From a virus (taxonomy: Duplodnaviria; Caudoviricetes), in the IMG/VR virus record IMGVR_UViG_3300028585_000533, positions 1 through 44,095 of that record: 44,095 bases of DNA; one strand, given 5' to 3'. Shown here piece by piece: positions 1 to 7,995 of this stretch (position 1 is the first letter of the stretch; each line of letters opens with the position of its first letter). Made by a program: the position numbers and the translations under genes. The notes below the pieces were generated by a model. The model was not told where the DNA came from and ran no database searches. It was given only the letters and a program-made list of their open reading frames with translations.

Positions 1-39
1 TTAACCGGCAGGTTGTTGGTTCGAGTCCAACTCGGGGAG
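1..39 (+). tRNA. 3' half of tRNA-Asn(GTT), probable attL region
   Basis: TTAA (end of anticodon loop), CCGGC anticodon stem, AGGTT variable loop, GTTGG-TTCGAGT-CCAAC T arm, TCGGGGA acceptor strand, G discriminator. First anticodon base is outside the window; Asn inferred from the GGAG end. Confidence 0.85.
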
Positions 40-309
40 CGAAGGCCCAGAGGCTCCACCCGCTGGGCCTTTTTGCATGCCCTCGAAGAGCTTCCAGACG
101 GGCACCCCGATGAGGTCTGCGAAGAGGACGATGTCCGCGGGCGTCAGGGGAGTGATGCCGCTCGTGCGCCGGTTGACGTAGGTCTGCGTCAGGCCGAGAG
201 CGCCGGCCATCTTGCGACCCGTCCACCGCTGGCGGCTCATCTCGGCCCGGAGGTTCGCGGCAACGACCTGGTTCGGGTCGAGGGCCGACTGCACATCTGC
301 GTTGGTCAT
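1..309 (-). CDS. Immunity repressor, XRE-type HTH (prophage form, 102 aa)
   Basis: HTH segment LRAEMSRQRWTGRKMAGALGLTQTYVNRR; divergent from the cro-like gene; ATG at 309 follows a leaderless promoter; stop lies in the tRNA anticodon loop. Confidence 0.85.
   Translation of the reverse strand: MTNADVQSALDPNQVVAANLRAEMSRQRWTGRKMAGALGLTQTYVNRRTSGITPLTPADIVLFADLIGVPVWKLFEGMQKGPAGGASGPSLPELDSNQQPAG
43..74 (+). terminator. Intrinsic terminator after the tRNA
   Basis: AGGCCCAG (43-50) / CTGGGCCT (63-70) stem followed by a T run. Confidence 0.85.
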
Positions 310-315
310 GGGGCG

Positions 316-345
316 AGCGTATCGCAAACACGCTGAGCGTATCAA
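316..345 (-). promoter_or_regulatory. Leaderless repressor promoter
   Basis: Minus strand TTGATA-N18-TACGCT-N6-ATG. Confidence 0.65.
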
Positions 346-379
346 GAAGCGCGCCAGCGATTTATGTGACGCGTTGGAG

Positions 380-433
380 TGACACGCGAGACGACTCATC
401 GGGGTTGCGCTGAGTCGCATTCTGACTCACACT
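380..433 (+). promoter_or_regulatory. Leaderless cro promoter with operator-like inverted repeats
   Basis: TTGCGC(405-410)-N17-CACACT(428-433)-N7-ATG; perfect TGAGTC-N7-GACTCA at 411-429 and degenerate TGACAC-N7-GACTCA at 380-398. Confidence 0.65.
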
Positions 434-440
434 GGCTCGC

Positions 441-704
441 ATGCCCACTCAACGAGTCGATGTCGCCGCCGAGGTCCGAGCGGCCCTCGCCCGGAAGCGC
501 ATCTCCCAGCGCCAACTCGCCAACCTTCTGGGCCTCACGCAACCGGTCGTGTGGCGTCGCCTGCGCGGCGACGTCGCCTTCAGCGTCGACGAGCTACAGG
601 CCGTCGCGGAGGCGCTCGAGGTACCGGTGTCCTCGCTCATCGGGGGAGAGCAGGCCGCTGCCGTGCAGGTCGCCGCACCCCAGACGTCTGGAGACGCAGC
701 ATGA
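441..704 (+). CDS. cro: Cro-like HTH regulator
   Basis: ISQRQLANLLGLTQPVVWRRLRG HTH; first gene of the rightward operon, divergent from the repressor. Confidence 0.85.
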   Translation: MPTQRVDVAAEVRAALARKRISQRQLANLLGLTQPVVWRRLRGDVAFSVDELQAVAEALEVPVSSLIGGEQAAAVQVAAPQTSGDAA

Positions 705-889
705 GCGCCGCCGCTCGCCGCATCCGCACCGCCGTCCGAGCCGTCGTCGGACTCACCGTCATCGCGGTCAGCGTCCTCGTCATCGAGGCCGCAGCCCAGC
801 ATGCCGCCTCCGCCGTGCTCCTCGGCCTCGCCCTCACCGCGCTCGCCGTAGCTGTCGCCGTGGACCAGAACCGGGGCCGAGCGTCGTGA
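701..889 (+). CDS. Small two-TM membrane protein
   Basis: ATGA overlap with cro stop; two hydrophobic helices. Confidence 0.7.
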   Translation: MSAAARRIRTAVRAVVGLTVIAVSVLVIEAAAQHAASAVLLGLALTALAVAVAVDQNRGRAS

Positions 890-1146
890 CGACGGTCCTC
901 TGGGTGCGCGTCACGGGCTGCACCGTCTACGCCTTCCCGCCGAGCATGACCGGCTCGCAGCTCGACGACGAGCAGTACCAAGCCGGCACGTTCCGCGGCA
1001 CGGGCCTCGGCACCACCACCGCCAGCGCGAACACGACCGGCGACCCCGCCTACCTCGGCGAGTTCGACAGCCGCACCGACGCCATCCACGCCGTCCTCCG
1101 CCACCACGACATCATCCCCACCGACAACAGCGTCGGAATCCGCTGA
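886..1146 (+). CDS. Hypothetical phage protein
   Basis: GTGA coupling, GC3-rich codons. Confidence 0.65.
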   Translation: MTTVLWVRVTGCTVYAFPPSMTGSQLDDEQYQAGTFRGTGLGTTTASANTTGDPAYLGEFDSRTDAIHAVLRHHDIIPTDNSVGIR

Positions 1147-1955
1147 TGTTCGACACCGCCCGCCTCGCACGCCCGCAGCAGGCCGCCCCCACCTTTGTCG
1201 ACGCCGACCTCGTGCGCCGCCACCTCGCGCTCCTCGCCAGCCGCGGCATCGGCTACAAGCGCGCCGCCGAGCTCGCCGGCCTCTCGACCGAGTCCGTCCG
1301 CGTCATCGTCGCCGGACGACGAGGCTCCACTCGCGGTGGCGAGCTGCCCACGCGCGTCACCGCCCGCGTCGCCCGCCCCCTCCTCGCCGTCGTCGCCGAC
1401 GAGCCAGACCCCTACCTCGTCCCCGCCCTCGGCGCCCGGCGTCGCGTGCAGGCCCTGACACTCCTCGGCTGGACGCAGACCCGCCTCGCCGAGCGCTTGC
1501 ACGTCGACGCCCAGGCCGTCGGCCGTGTGCTCCGCAGCAAGCAGATCAAGTCCACCCTGCACTGGGCCCTCGTCGCCCTCTTCGACGAGCTCTGGGACCT
1601 CCCCGCGCCGGCCCTGACCGCGCACGACCGTGCCGCCGCGACCCGTGTCGCCGCTACTGCGCGCGCCCTCAAGTGGCAGCCCGCCCTCGCCTGGGACGAC
1701 ATCGACAACGACGACGAGCCCGGCACCGGCGAGCCCGTCGACATCGACGACCTCGCCGTTGACCTCGCCGTCGACGGAGAGCGCCACGTCCGCCTCACCT
1801 ACGCCGAGCGCCGTCCCGCGATCGCAGCCCTGAACGGCCGCCGTTTCACCGACGGCATGATCGCCGACCGCCTCGGCCTCCACATCGACAAGGTCGGCCA
1901 GATCCGCCGAGCCCTCGCCCTGCCCGCCGTCCTCGACCCGGAGGCCCACTCGTGA
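1146..1955 (+). CDS. Multi-HTH DNA-binding protein
   Basis: HTH-like segments GIGYKRAAELAGLS, GWTQTRLAERLHVD, FTDGMIADRLGL. Confidence 0.75.
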   Translation: MFDTARLARPQQAAPTFVDADLVRRHLALLASRGIGYKRAAELAGLSTESVRVIVAGRRGSTRGGELPTRVTARVARPLLAVVADEPDPYLVPALGARRRVQALTLLGWTQTRLAERLHVDAQAVGRVLRSKQIKSTLHWALVALFDELWDLPAPALTAHDRAAATRVAATARALKWQPALAWDDIDNDDEPGTGEPVDIDDLAVDLAVDGERHVRLTYAERRPAIAALNGRRFTDGMIADRLGLHIDKVGQIRRALALPAVLDPEAHS

Positions 1956-2248
1956 CCGAGCCCCTCACCCTCGCCCAGAACGCCATGCTGCGCCGCCTCG
2001 ACTGGACCACCGTCACCACGTGCCAACAGCGCACATCGGGCATGACGGCCTGCTCGGACCGCGCAACGTACCGCCTCCGCTGCCAGCGCTGCCCTCAAGG
2101 CATCGACCTGTGCGCGCGACACGGCGTCCCCTTCGCCTCGTTCCGCTCGGTCTGGAAGCAGCCCGGAGCGTCCCTCTGCTCTCTGTGCGGCCTCTCCGGC
2201 ACCTTCCGCGCCGTCTTCACCCTCGAGCCCCTCGCCGTGCCCGCATGA
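1952..2248 (+). CDS. Cys-rich, putative zinc-binding protein
   Basis: CQRC, CARH and CSLC motifs; coupled start. Confidence 0.6.
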   Translation: MTEPLTLAQNAMLRRLDWTTVTTCQQRTSGMTACSDRATYRLRCQRCPQGIDLCARHGVPFASFRSVWKQPGASLCSLCGLSGTFRAVFTLEPLAVPA

Positions 2249-2343
2249 GCGCCTGGCTCACTGACCCCGGCACCGCCGGCCTCGTCGTCTTCGTCCTCAC
2301 CTGCGCCGTCTGGCGCCTGACCGCCAGGAGCAACCGTGGCTGA
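2245..2343 (+). CDS. Micro membrane protein (32 aa)
   Basis: ATGA coupling, single hydrophobic helix, carries the AGGAG RBS of the next gene. Confidence 0.5.
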   Translation: MSAWLTDPGTAGLVVFVLTCAVWRLTARSNRG

Positions 2344-2533
2344 CCGCATCGTCGCTGGCTTCGCGCTCGGCGTCCGCGACGTGCCGCAGCGAGGCATGAC
2401 CGTGAGCGTCGTGCACACGATTCCGGGCCTGTACCTCGAGCCGTCGGACGCCGCCGACCTCGGCTACGCGCTCGTCGCGCAGGCCAACGAGGCCATGCTC
2501 GCCGAGCAGGCCAAGCGACGGAGCACCCGGTGA
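2336..2533 (+). CDS. Hypothetical protein
   Basis: AGGAG RBS, operon tiling. Confidence 0.65.
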   Translation: MADRIVAGFALGVRDVPQRGMTVSVVHTIPGLYLEPSDAADLGYALVAQANEAMLAEQAKRRSTR

Positions 2534-2982
2534 GCCCGGCGCACCCGAAGCCCGGGAAGCGCGGACCCAGCATCGGGCAGCGTTCGCGTCAGCAGGTGTC
2601 GGCACTCCGCGACATGCTCTACCTCCGCGACGACTACCGGTGCTGCGTCTCCGGCACCGACGCCGGCCTCACGTCGCCGTGCGAGGGGCCCGTCACCGTT
2701 CAGCACCGCGTCGGCAAGGGCGCCGGCGGCTCGGCCCTCTTCGACGGCCCCGAGTACCTCATCACGATGTGCCTCAGCCACAACGTGCGCGCCGAGTCCT
2801 CCGCCGAGTTCGCGCGTACCTGCCGCGCGAACGGCTGGTCGGTCCGCCGCAACGGCCTGGTCGACGTCGCGAAGGTCCCCGCCCTGTACCGCGACGGGTG
2901 GTACCTGCTCGACACCGACGGCTGCTCGCGCCAGCGCATCCACCCGAGTATCGCCGAGAAGCTGATGGAGCAGGCCGCATGA
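2530..2982 (+). CDS. HNH-like nuclease
   Basis: RDDYRCCV...C...QHR.GKGAGG...CLSHN pattern. Confidence 0.7.
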   Translation: MSPAHPKPGKRGPSIGQRSRQQVSALRDMLYLRDDYRCCVSGTDAGLTSPCEGPVTVQHRVGKGAGGSALFDGPEYLITMCLSHNVRAESSAEFARTCRANGWSVRRNGLVDVAKVPALYRDGWYLLDTDGCSRQRIHPSIAEKLMEQAA

Positions 2983-3326
2983 CCGCGCCCGTCGAGCATC
3001 AACCAAAGGTTGATGACGGATCGAGAACGGCGCGACCTGCGACCAAGCGCCCGAAGCGCACCCGCCACGAGGTCGAGACGCTCGACTACCTCAGCGCCGC
3101 TGCGCGCTTCATCCGCGCCGCCGGCATCCGCGTAGGCCAAGGCGACGAGGCCGAGCTGCAGAGCCTCTTGAACCTCCACGTCGTCCTCGACGAAGCCACC
3201 CAGGCCGCCGTCGACGGGCAGCTCGCCATCGGCAAGACGTGGAAGGACATCGCCGCCGCCACAGGTAAGTCCACCCAGGCCGCGCACAAGCGCTGGGGCC
3301 GCAAGACCGAGGGATCACCGTCATGA
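2979..3326 (+). CDS. HTH DNA-binding protein
   Basis: C-terminal TWKDIAAATGKSTQAAHKRWG; ATGA coupling. Confidence 0.75.
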   Translation: MTAPVEHQPKVDDGSRTARPATKRPKRTRHEVETLDYLSAAARFIRAAGIRVGQGDEAELQSLLNLHVVLDEATQAAVDGQLAIGKTWKDIAAATGKSTQAAHKRWGRKTEGSPS

Positions 3327-4165
3327 GCAACAAAGCGATCACGTGGGCCTACGCCCAGACCGGCACCGAGAAGCTCGAGAAGTTCGTCCTCGTCGCGCTC
3401 GCCGACATGGCCGACCAGGATGCGTCCTGCTATCCGACGAACAAGACGCTGTCGGCGATGACGGGCCTCGCGTGGAACGCCAAGACCGGCAAGGGTGCCG
3501 TCACGGGTCACATCGCGAGCCTCCTGCGCAAGGGGTACATCACCAAGGAGGAGCGCCGCCGACGCGATGGCGGGCAGGGCTCGAACCGCTACTACCTGCA
3601 GCTCGACCGGGTGGAGGACGACCGGGGGGTGGAAGACACCCGGGGGGTCGATGACGCCCCCGGGTCCCGGGTGGAAGAGACCCCGGGGCCCCGGGTGGAA
3701 TCCACCCCCCGCAATAGGAAGAACCCCCAAGAGAACCCCCAAGAGAACCCTTCTTCGTCGGCTGTCGCCGCCGAGACGCCGGGGCAGAAGTTCGCCGAGC
3801 CGCTCTGCAAGGTCCTCGCCGAGCAGATGCAGCGCAACGGCGTCAAGGTCCCGGAAAAGCTCTCGACGAAGTGGCTCGACGCCGCTCGCCTGATCGTGGA
3901 CCGCGACGGACGCGACCCTCGTGAAGCCCGCGACCTCATCATCTGGGCCACGCAGGACGAGTTCTGGCGAGCCAACGTCCTGAGCATGCCGACGTTCCGC
4001 AGCCGCTACGACCAACTCCGCATGCAGCGAGACCGAGCCGCCACGCGTCAGGAGCAGACGAACCGGCCCACGCCGATGGACCACGCCCGCAGCGTGCACG
4101 AGCAGCTCCTCGCCCGCAAGGCCGCACAGCAGGCCACCACCGACACCCCGAAGGAGATCCACTGA
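3323..4165 (+). CDS. Replication initiator (N-terminal winged HTH, lambda O analogue)
   Basis: KFVLVALADMAD...CYPT..TLSAMTG, L..KGYI, SNRYYL; central iteron repeats; C-terminal DEFWRANVLSM domain. Confidence 0.8.
   Translation: MSNKAITWAYAQTGTEKLEKFVLVALADMADQDASCYPTNKTLSAMTGLAWNAKTGKGAVTGHIASLLRKGYITKEERRRRDGGQGSNRYYLQLDRVEDDRGVEDTRGVDDAPGSRVEETPGPRVESTPRNRKNPQENPQENPSSSAVAAETPGQKFAEPLCKVLAEQMQRNGVKVPEKLSTKWLDAARLIVDRDGRDPREARDLIIWATQDEFWRANVLSMPTFRSRYDQLRMQRDRAATRQEQTNRPTPMDHARSVHEQLLARKAAQQATTDTPKEIH
3607..3750 (+). repeat. Iteron array and A-rich repeats, probable phage origin
   Basis: GGGT(G/C)GA at 3609, 3627, 3645, 3669, 3693, inverted copy at 3701-3707, then GAACCCCCAAGA x2.5. Confidence 0.7.
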
Positions 4166-4641
4166 TGGACGCCATCGAAGCGCACACGCTCCTCACCCAG
4201 GCCAGCCTCATCGACCCGCGCTCGAAGTCGCAGGTCGAGCGCGCCGAGGAGTGGGCTCACCGCCTCCACGACGTGAACTACGCGGACGCCCTCGAGGCGC
4301 TCAACGTTCACCAGCGCGAGTCGACGGAGCCGATCATGCCGGCGCACGTCCTCGCGATCCTCCGCCGCATCTACGCCGACCGCCGGGAGCGTGCTCAGCG
4401 GCAGCTGACCTACGCGCCACGGGGCGGGCACCCGGCACCGCCCCGCGAGCTCATGGACCGGTGGGTCGAAGCTCACCGCACCGACCCCGTCCTCGCGGCA
4501 GCGATCCACACCGAGTACAAGGACTGGCTCCGCGCGCAGGGCATCGACCCCGACGAGGGCACCCAGCGGGAGCAGCCCTCGACCGCGTCCTACTTCCGGG
4601 GCGAGGGCCGCGACATGGCGATCCCCAGGGGCGACCGGTGA
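4165..4641 (+). CDS. Replicative helicase loader/inhibitor-like protein
   Basis: Follows the initiator; W...L.DV.YADALEAL..H......IMPAHV pattern resembling the G39P-like family. Confidence 0.6.
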   Translation: MDAIEAHTLLTQASLIDPRSKSQVERAEEWAHRLHDVNYADALEALNVHQRESTEPIMPAHVLAILRRIYADRRERAQRQLTYAPRGGHPAPPRELMDRWVEAHRTDPVLAAAIHTEYKDWLRAQGIDPDEGTQREQPSTASYFRGEGRDMAIPRGDR

Positions 4642-4832
4642 CCGAGCCCTACGAGACCGCCCTCGACCGCCTCCTCGCCGAGCAGTACTCCCACCGGGGC
4701 GAGACTCGCGAGGAGCTCGTCGCCCGCCTCCGACGCGACGAGGGCAGCGGCAGCCTCCCCGACCTCGCCCTCCGACGCTCGACCTACCAGGCCGAGGTCG
4801 CCCGCACCGCCACGAGAGGAACAGCACGATGA
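4638..4832 (+). CDS. Hypothetical protein
   Basis: Coupled at both ends, GC3-rich. Confidence 0.6.
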   Translation: MTEPYETALDRLLAEQYSHRGETREELVARLRRDEGSGSLPDLALRRSTYQAEVARTATRGTAR

Positions 4833-5458
4833 CCAGCACCGCCGAGCACTTCGCCGCCGACGTCGCCACCCACCAGCTCGAGGTGGTTCGCGACGACGGC
4901 CTGTACCGCCACCTGCGCGCCCGCCGGCCGGGGACGGGCATGTACTGGTTCGACATCATCACCTGGCCCGGGAGCCTGACCATCACGGGAGACATGGGGA
5001 CGTACGTCTTCGCCCGCGAGGAGGACATGTTCCCCTGGTTCGGGTACGAGCGCGACGACATCAACCCGCACTACTGGACGCAGAAACTGCAGGCCGTCGA
5101 CACGAACTCCGGCGTCCGCGAGTACTCGCGCGACGTCTTCGTGCAGCAGATCCGCGAGCACCTCACCGAGGACTGGACCGGCCTCGGGCCTGCCGCACTC
5201 GTAGCGGTGCGATACGCCGTCGAGACCGAGCTCCTCGCCGAGTCCTGGCTCAGCGACTACGACACCACCACTGAGCACGGTGCTCGTGAGGCACTCGACC
5301 AGTACCGGGGTCCGGGTGGCTTTCGCTTCGAGGACGCATGGGAGTGGGTCCTGACCGAGTACAGCCACCAGTACCTCTGGTGCTGCCACGCGATCCTCTG
5401 GGCCATCAAGCGCTACCGCGACCAGCGCGACGGCCTCAGCCGGGGCAACGCCGCATGA
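4829..5458 (+). CDS. Conserved phage hypothetical protein
   Basis: GAGAGG RBS; RDDGLYRHL...YWFDIITWPGSLTITGDMG signature recalled from diverse phages. Confidence 0.75.
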   Translation: MTSTAEHFAADVATHQLEVVRDDGLYRHLRARRPGTGMYWFDIITWPGSLTITGDMGTYVFAREEDMFPWFGYERDDINPHYWTQKLQAVDTNSGVREYSRDVFVQQIREHLTEDWTGLGPAALVAVRYAVETELLAESWLSDYDTTTEHGAREALDQYRGPGGFRFEDAWEWVLTEYSHQYLWCCHAILWAIKRYRDQRDGLSRGNAA

Positions 5459-5868
5459 CCCGCCAGCAGTCGCGGACGCCGAAGCAGTCCGAGCAGGCGC
5501 AGGCCCTCCACCGCCTCGCCGACGTCCTCGAGCACGCCGTCGAAACCATCGTGGCCCCCGCGCTCGCCGCAGCCCCGCCGCCCGCGGTCGAGCAGGCCCA
5601 GGTCGTCGCCACCGCGGCCCGCTACCTCGACCTGCGGCACCTCGGCGACTGGATCGAGATCCCCGGCCGCCCCGCAAGGCCGATCGAGCGCACGGAGCCG
5701 AGCATGCTCACCACCGCCGGCGTCCTCGTCGGCATCAGACCGGGCGAGCCCGGCCGCGGCGACCAGCCCCCGACCCGTGTCCTCGTCATCGCGCAGGGCG
5801 GCCAGATCGCGCCGCACTCGGTGCGCGTCGACGAGCCCGTGAACACCTACCCCCGCGCGCAGCGCTGA
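5455..5868 (+). CDS. Hypothetical protein
   Basis: ATGA coupling, GC3-rich. Confidence 0.65.
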   Translation: MTRQQSRTPKQSEQAQALHRLADVLEHAVETIVAPALAAAPPPAVEQAQVVATAARYLDLRHLGDWIEIPGRPARPIERTEPSMLTTAGVLVGIRPGEPGRGDQPPTRVLVIAQGGQIAPHSVRVDEPVNTYPRAQR

Positions 5869-5881
5869 CGGAGAACCGACC

Positions 5882-7642
5882 ATGTCCGAGATCACCCTCA
5901 CCGACCTCTTCGCTGGCGCCGGCGGCTCATCCACTGGCGCCCTGCAGGTCCCGGGCGTCAAGGTCCGCATCGCCGCGAACCACTGGCAGCTCGTCTGCGA
6001 CATCCACGCCCTGAACCACCCCACGACCGACCACGCCGTCGTTGACCTGCACCAGGAGCGGCCCTCGTTCTTCCCGAAGACCGACATGCTCTGGGCCTCG
6101 CCCGAGTGCACGAAGTGGTCGCAGGCCAACGGGAGCAAGATGCCCGCGATCGAGGAGGGCCTGTTCGAGGACCCGCTGTCCGACGACGCCAAGAACCGGT
6201 CCCGGCTGCTGATGTTCGACGTGCTCCGCTTCATCGACCACCACCGGTACCGGCTCGTCATCGTCGAGAACGTCGTCGACATCGCCACGCAGGCGAAGTA
6301 CCGCACCGCGTGGGACATCTGGCGGTCCGAGCTGCGCGCGCTGGGCTACCGGTTCCGGGTCGTGTCCTTGAACTCGATGCACGCGCAGGCCTACGGCGCG
6401 CCGGCGCCGCAGTCACGCGACCGCATCTACGTCGTCGCCTGGCCCGAGGGCGCCGTCGCCCCGGACCTCGACCGCATCCTTCGCCCGAAGGCGTGGTGCG
6501 ACCGCTGCGACACCCTCGTCGAGTCGGTGCAGTCGTTCAAGCGGAACCGCACTGTCGGCCGGTACCGGCAGGCGTACGTCTACTGCTGCTCGCGCTGCGC
6601 CCAGATCGTCGAGCCCGGGTGGCTGCCCGCCGCCGCGGCGATCGACTGGTCGCTGCCCGGTGAACGCATCGGAGACCGCCTCAAGCCGAAGACCCGGGCC
6701 CGCATCGCGGCCGGGATCGCCCGCTACTGGGGGCCGCTCACGCTCGAGGCGGCCGGGAACACCTACGACGCGACGTCGCCTCAGCACCCCCACCACGGCG
6801 ACCCCGACGCGTACTACCGCTCCTGGCCGATCGCCGAGCCCCTGCGGGCCCTGCACACGACGAACTCGAAGGCCCTCGCCGTACCCACGGAGGGCCGCGA
6901 CGGCAAGGAGGCCGTGCCCGTCACGTCGCCGATGCGCACCCAGACGACCCGCGCGGAGACCGCCCTCGCGCCCGCCCCGTTCATCGCCGAGATGTACGGC
7001 ACGTCAACCGCTCGCCCCGTGTCCGAGCCTGCCGGGACCTTCACCGCCGGCGGCAACCACCACGGGCTCGTGACGACTGCTGGCGGCTCATGGAACGACG
7101 AGACCCGCACGACCGAGATGCCGTTGCGTACTTTCACCACCAGGGACGCGAACGCGCTCGTGCAGCAGCCGTTCGTGACCCAGTTCCGAGACCGCGACGA
7201 CCGCAACCTCGACCCCGCCGCCGAGCCCCTCCGCACGATCGTCGCCGACGGAGCAGCCCACGCCCTCGTCACCCGCCACAACACCATCCGCGGTGCCGAG
7301 CAGGGCAGCCTCACCACGCGCGCCGACGACTACCTACGCACCCTGACCACGACCGCGAACCAGTCCGTGATGCGCCGCCCCGGGACCGTCACGGCCGCGG
7401 ATCTGCGCGAGGCCGAGGACATGGTCCCCGAGGTCCTGTTCCGCATGTTCCAACCCCACGAGGTCGCCGCCGGCATGGCCTTCCCTGCCGACTACAAGTG
7501 GCAGCCCGCCGACCGCGCCCGCCCCGTCTCGAACCGCGACCTGGTCCGCGCGGCCGGCAACGCCGTCACCCCGCCCGCCGCCCGTGACCTCATCGCGGTC
7601 GCCGTCGAGTCCCTCGGCCACGACGTCGCCCTCGTTGCATGA
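5882..7642 (+). CDS. DNA (cytosine-5) methyltransferase with expanded variable region
   Basis: Motif I DLFAGAGG, IV SPEC, VI ENV, VIII QSRDR, IX RMF.PHE...M.FP, X GNAV. Confidence 0.92.
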   Translation: MSEITLTDLFAGAGGSSTGALQVPGVKVRIAANHWQLVCDIHALNHPTTDHAVVDLHQERPSFFPKTDMLWASPECTKWSQANGSKMPAIEEGLFEDPLSDDAKNRSRLLMFDVLRFIDHHRYRLVIVENVVDIATQAKYRTAWDIWRSELRALGYRFRVVSLNSMHAQAYGAPAPQSRDRIYVVAWPEGAVAPDLDRILRPKAWCDRCDTLVESVQSFKRNRTVGRYRQAYVYCCSRCAQIVEPGWLPAAAAIDWSLPGERIGDRLKPKTRARIAAGIARYWGPLTLEAAGNTYDATSPQHPHHGDPDAYYRSWPIAEPLRALHTTNSKALAVPTEGRDGKEAVPVTSPMRTQTTRAETALAPAPFIAEMYGTSTARPVSEPAGTFTAGGNHHGLVTTAGGSWNDETRTTEMPLRTFTTRDANALVQQPFVTQFRDRDDRNLDPAAEPLRTIVADGAAHALVTRHNTIRGAEQGSLTTRADDYLRTLTTTANQSVMRRPGTVTAADLREAEDMVPEVLFRMFQPHEVAAGMAFPADYKWQPADRARPVSNRDLVRAAGNAVTPPAARDLIAVAVESLGHDVALVA

Positions 7643-7995
7643 ACGGCCACGACGTCGCCCTCGCGCTCGCCGAAGCACAGCTCACCTTCATTACGGAGGA
7701 CGACCTGCAAGCCGAGCTCGCGCGCGTCCTCACCGAGCACGGAGCGGCAGCCGCCCGCGAGGTCGTCCTTCCGAGACACCTCGGTCGCATCGACCTGGTC
7801 GTCGACCGGGTCGGCATCGAGGTGAAGACCGACGGCGGGCGTGCCGACGTGCTGCGCCAGCTGCAGCGCTACGCGCACGCCGCCGAGATCGACGAGCTCG
7901 TGCTCGTCACCACCCGCACCAAGCACCATCACGTCCCCAACGAGATCGGCGGGAAGCCGCTTCACCTCGTCTCCCTGATCGGAGCAGCCCTGTGA
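7639..7995 (+). CDS. PD-(D/E)XK-type nuclease
   Basis: E..LQ...REV...RIDLVV...IEVK...QL.RY. Confidence 0.75.
   Translation: MNGHDVALALAEAQLTFITEDDLQAELARVLTEHGAAAAREVVLPRHLGRIDLVVDRVGIEVKTDGGRADVLRQLQRYAHAAEIDELVLVTTRTKHHHVPNEIGGKPLHLVSLIGAAL

Noticed and set aside
310-420. Longer 139-aa repressor starting at 420
   Set aside because: The extension covers the promoter/operator region; ATG 309 has a well-spaced -10 and -35
379-885. 5' part of ORF 379..1146
   Set aside because: Out-of-frame shadow of cro and the next gene; the coupled start is at 886
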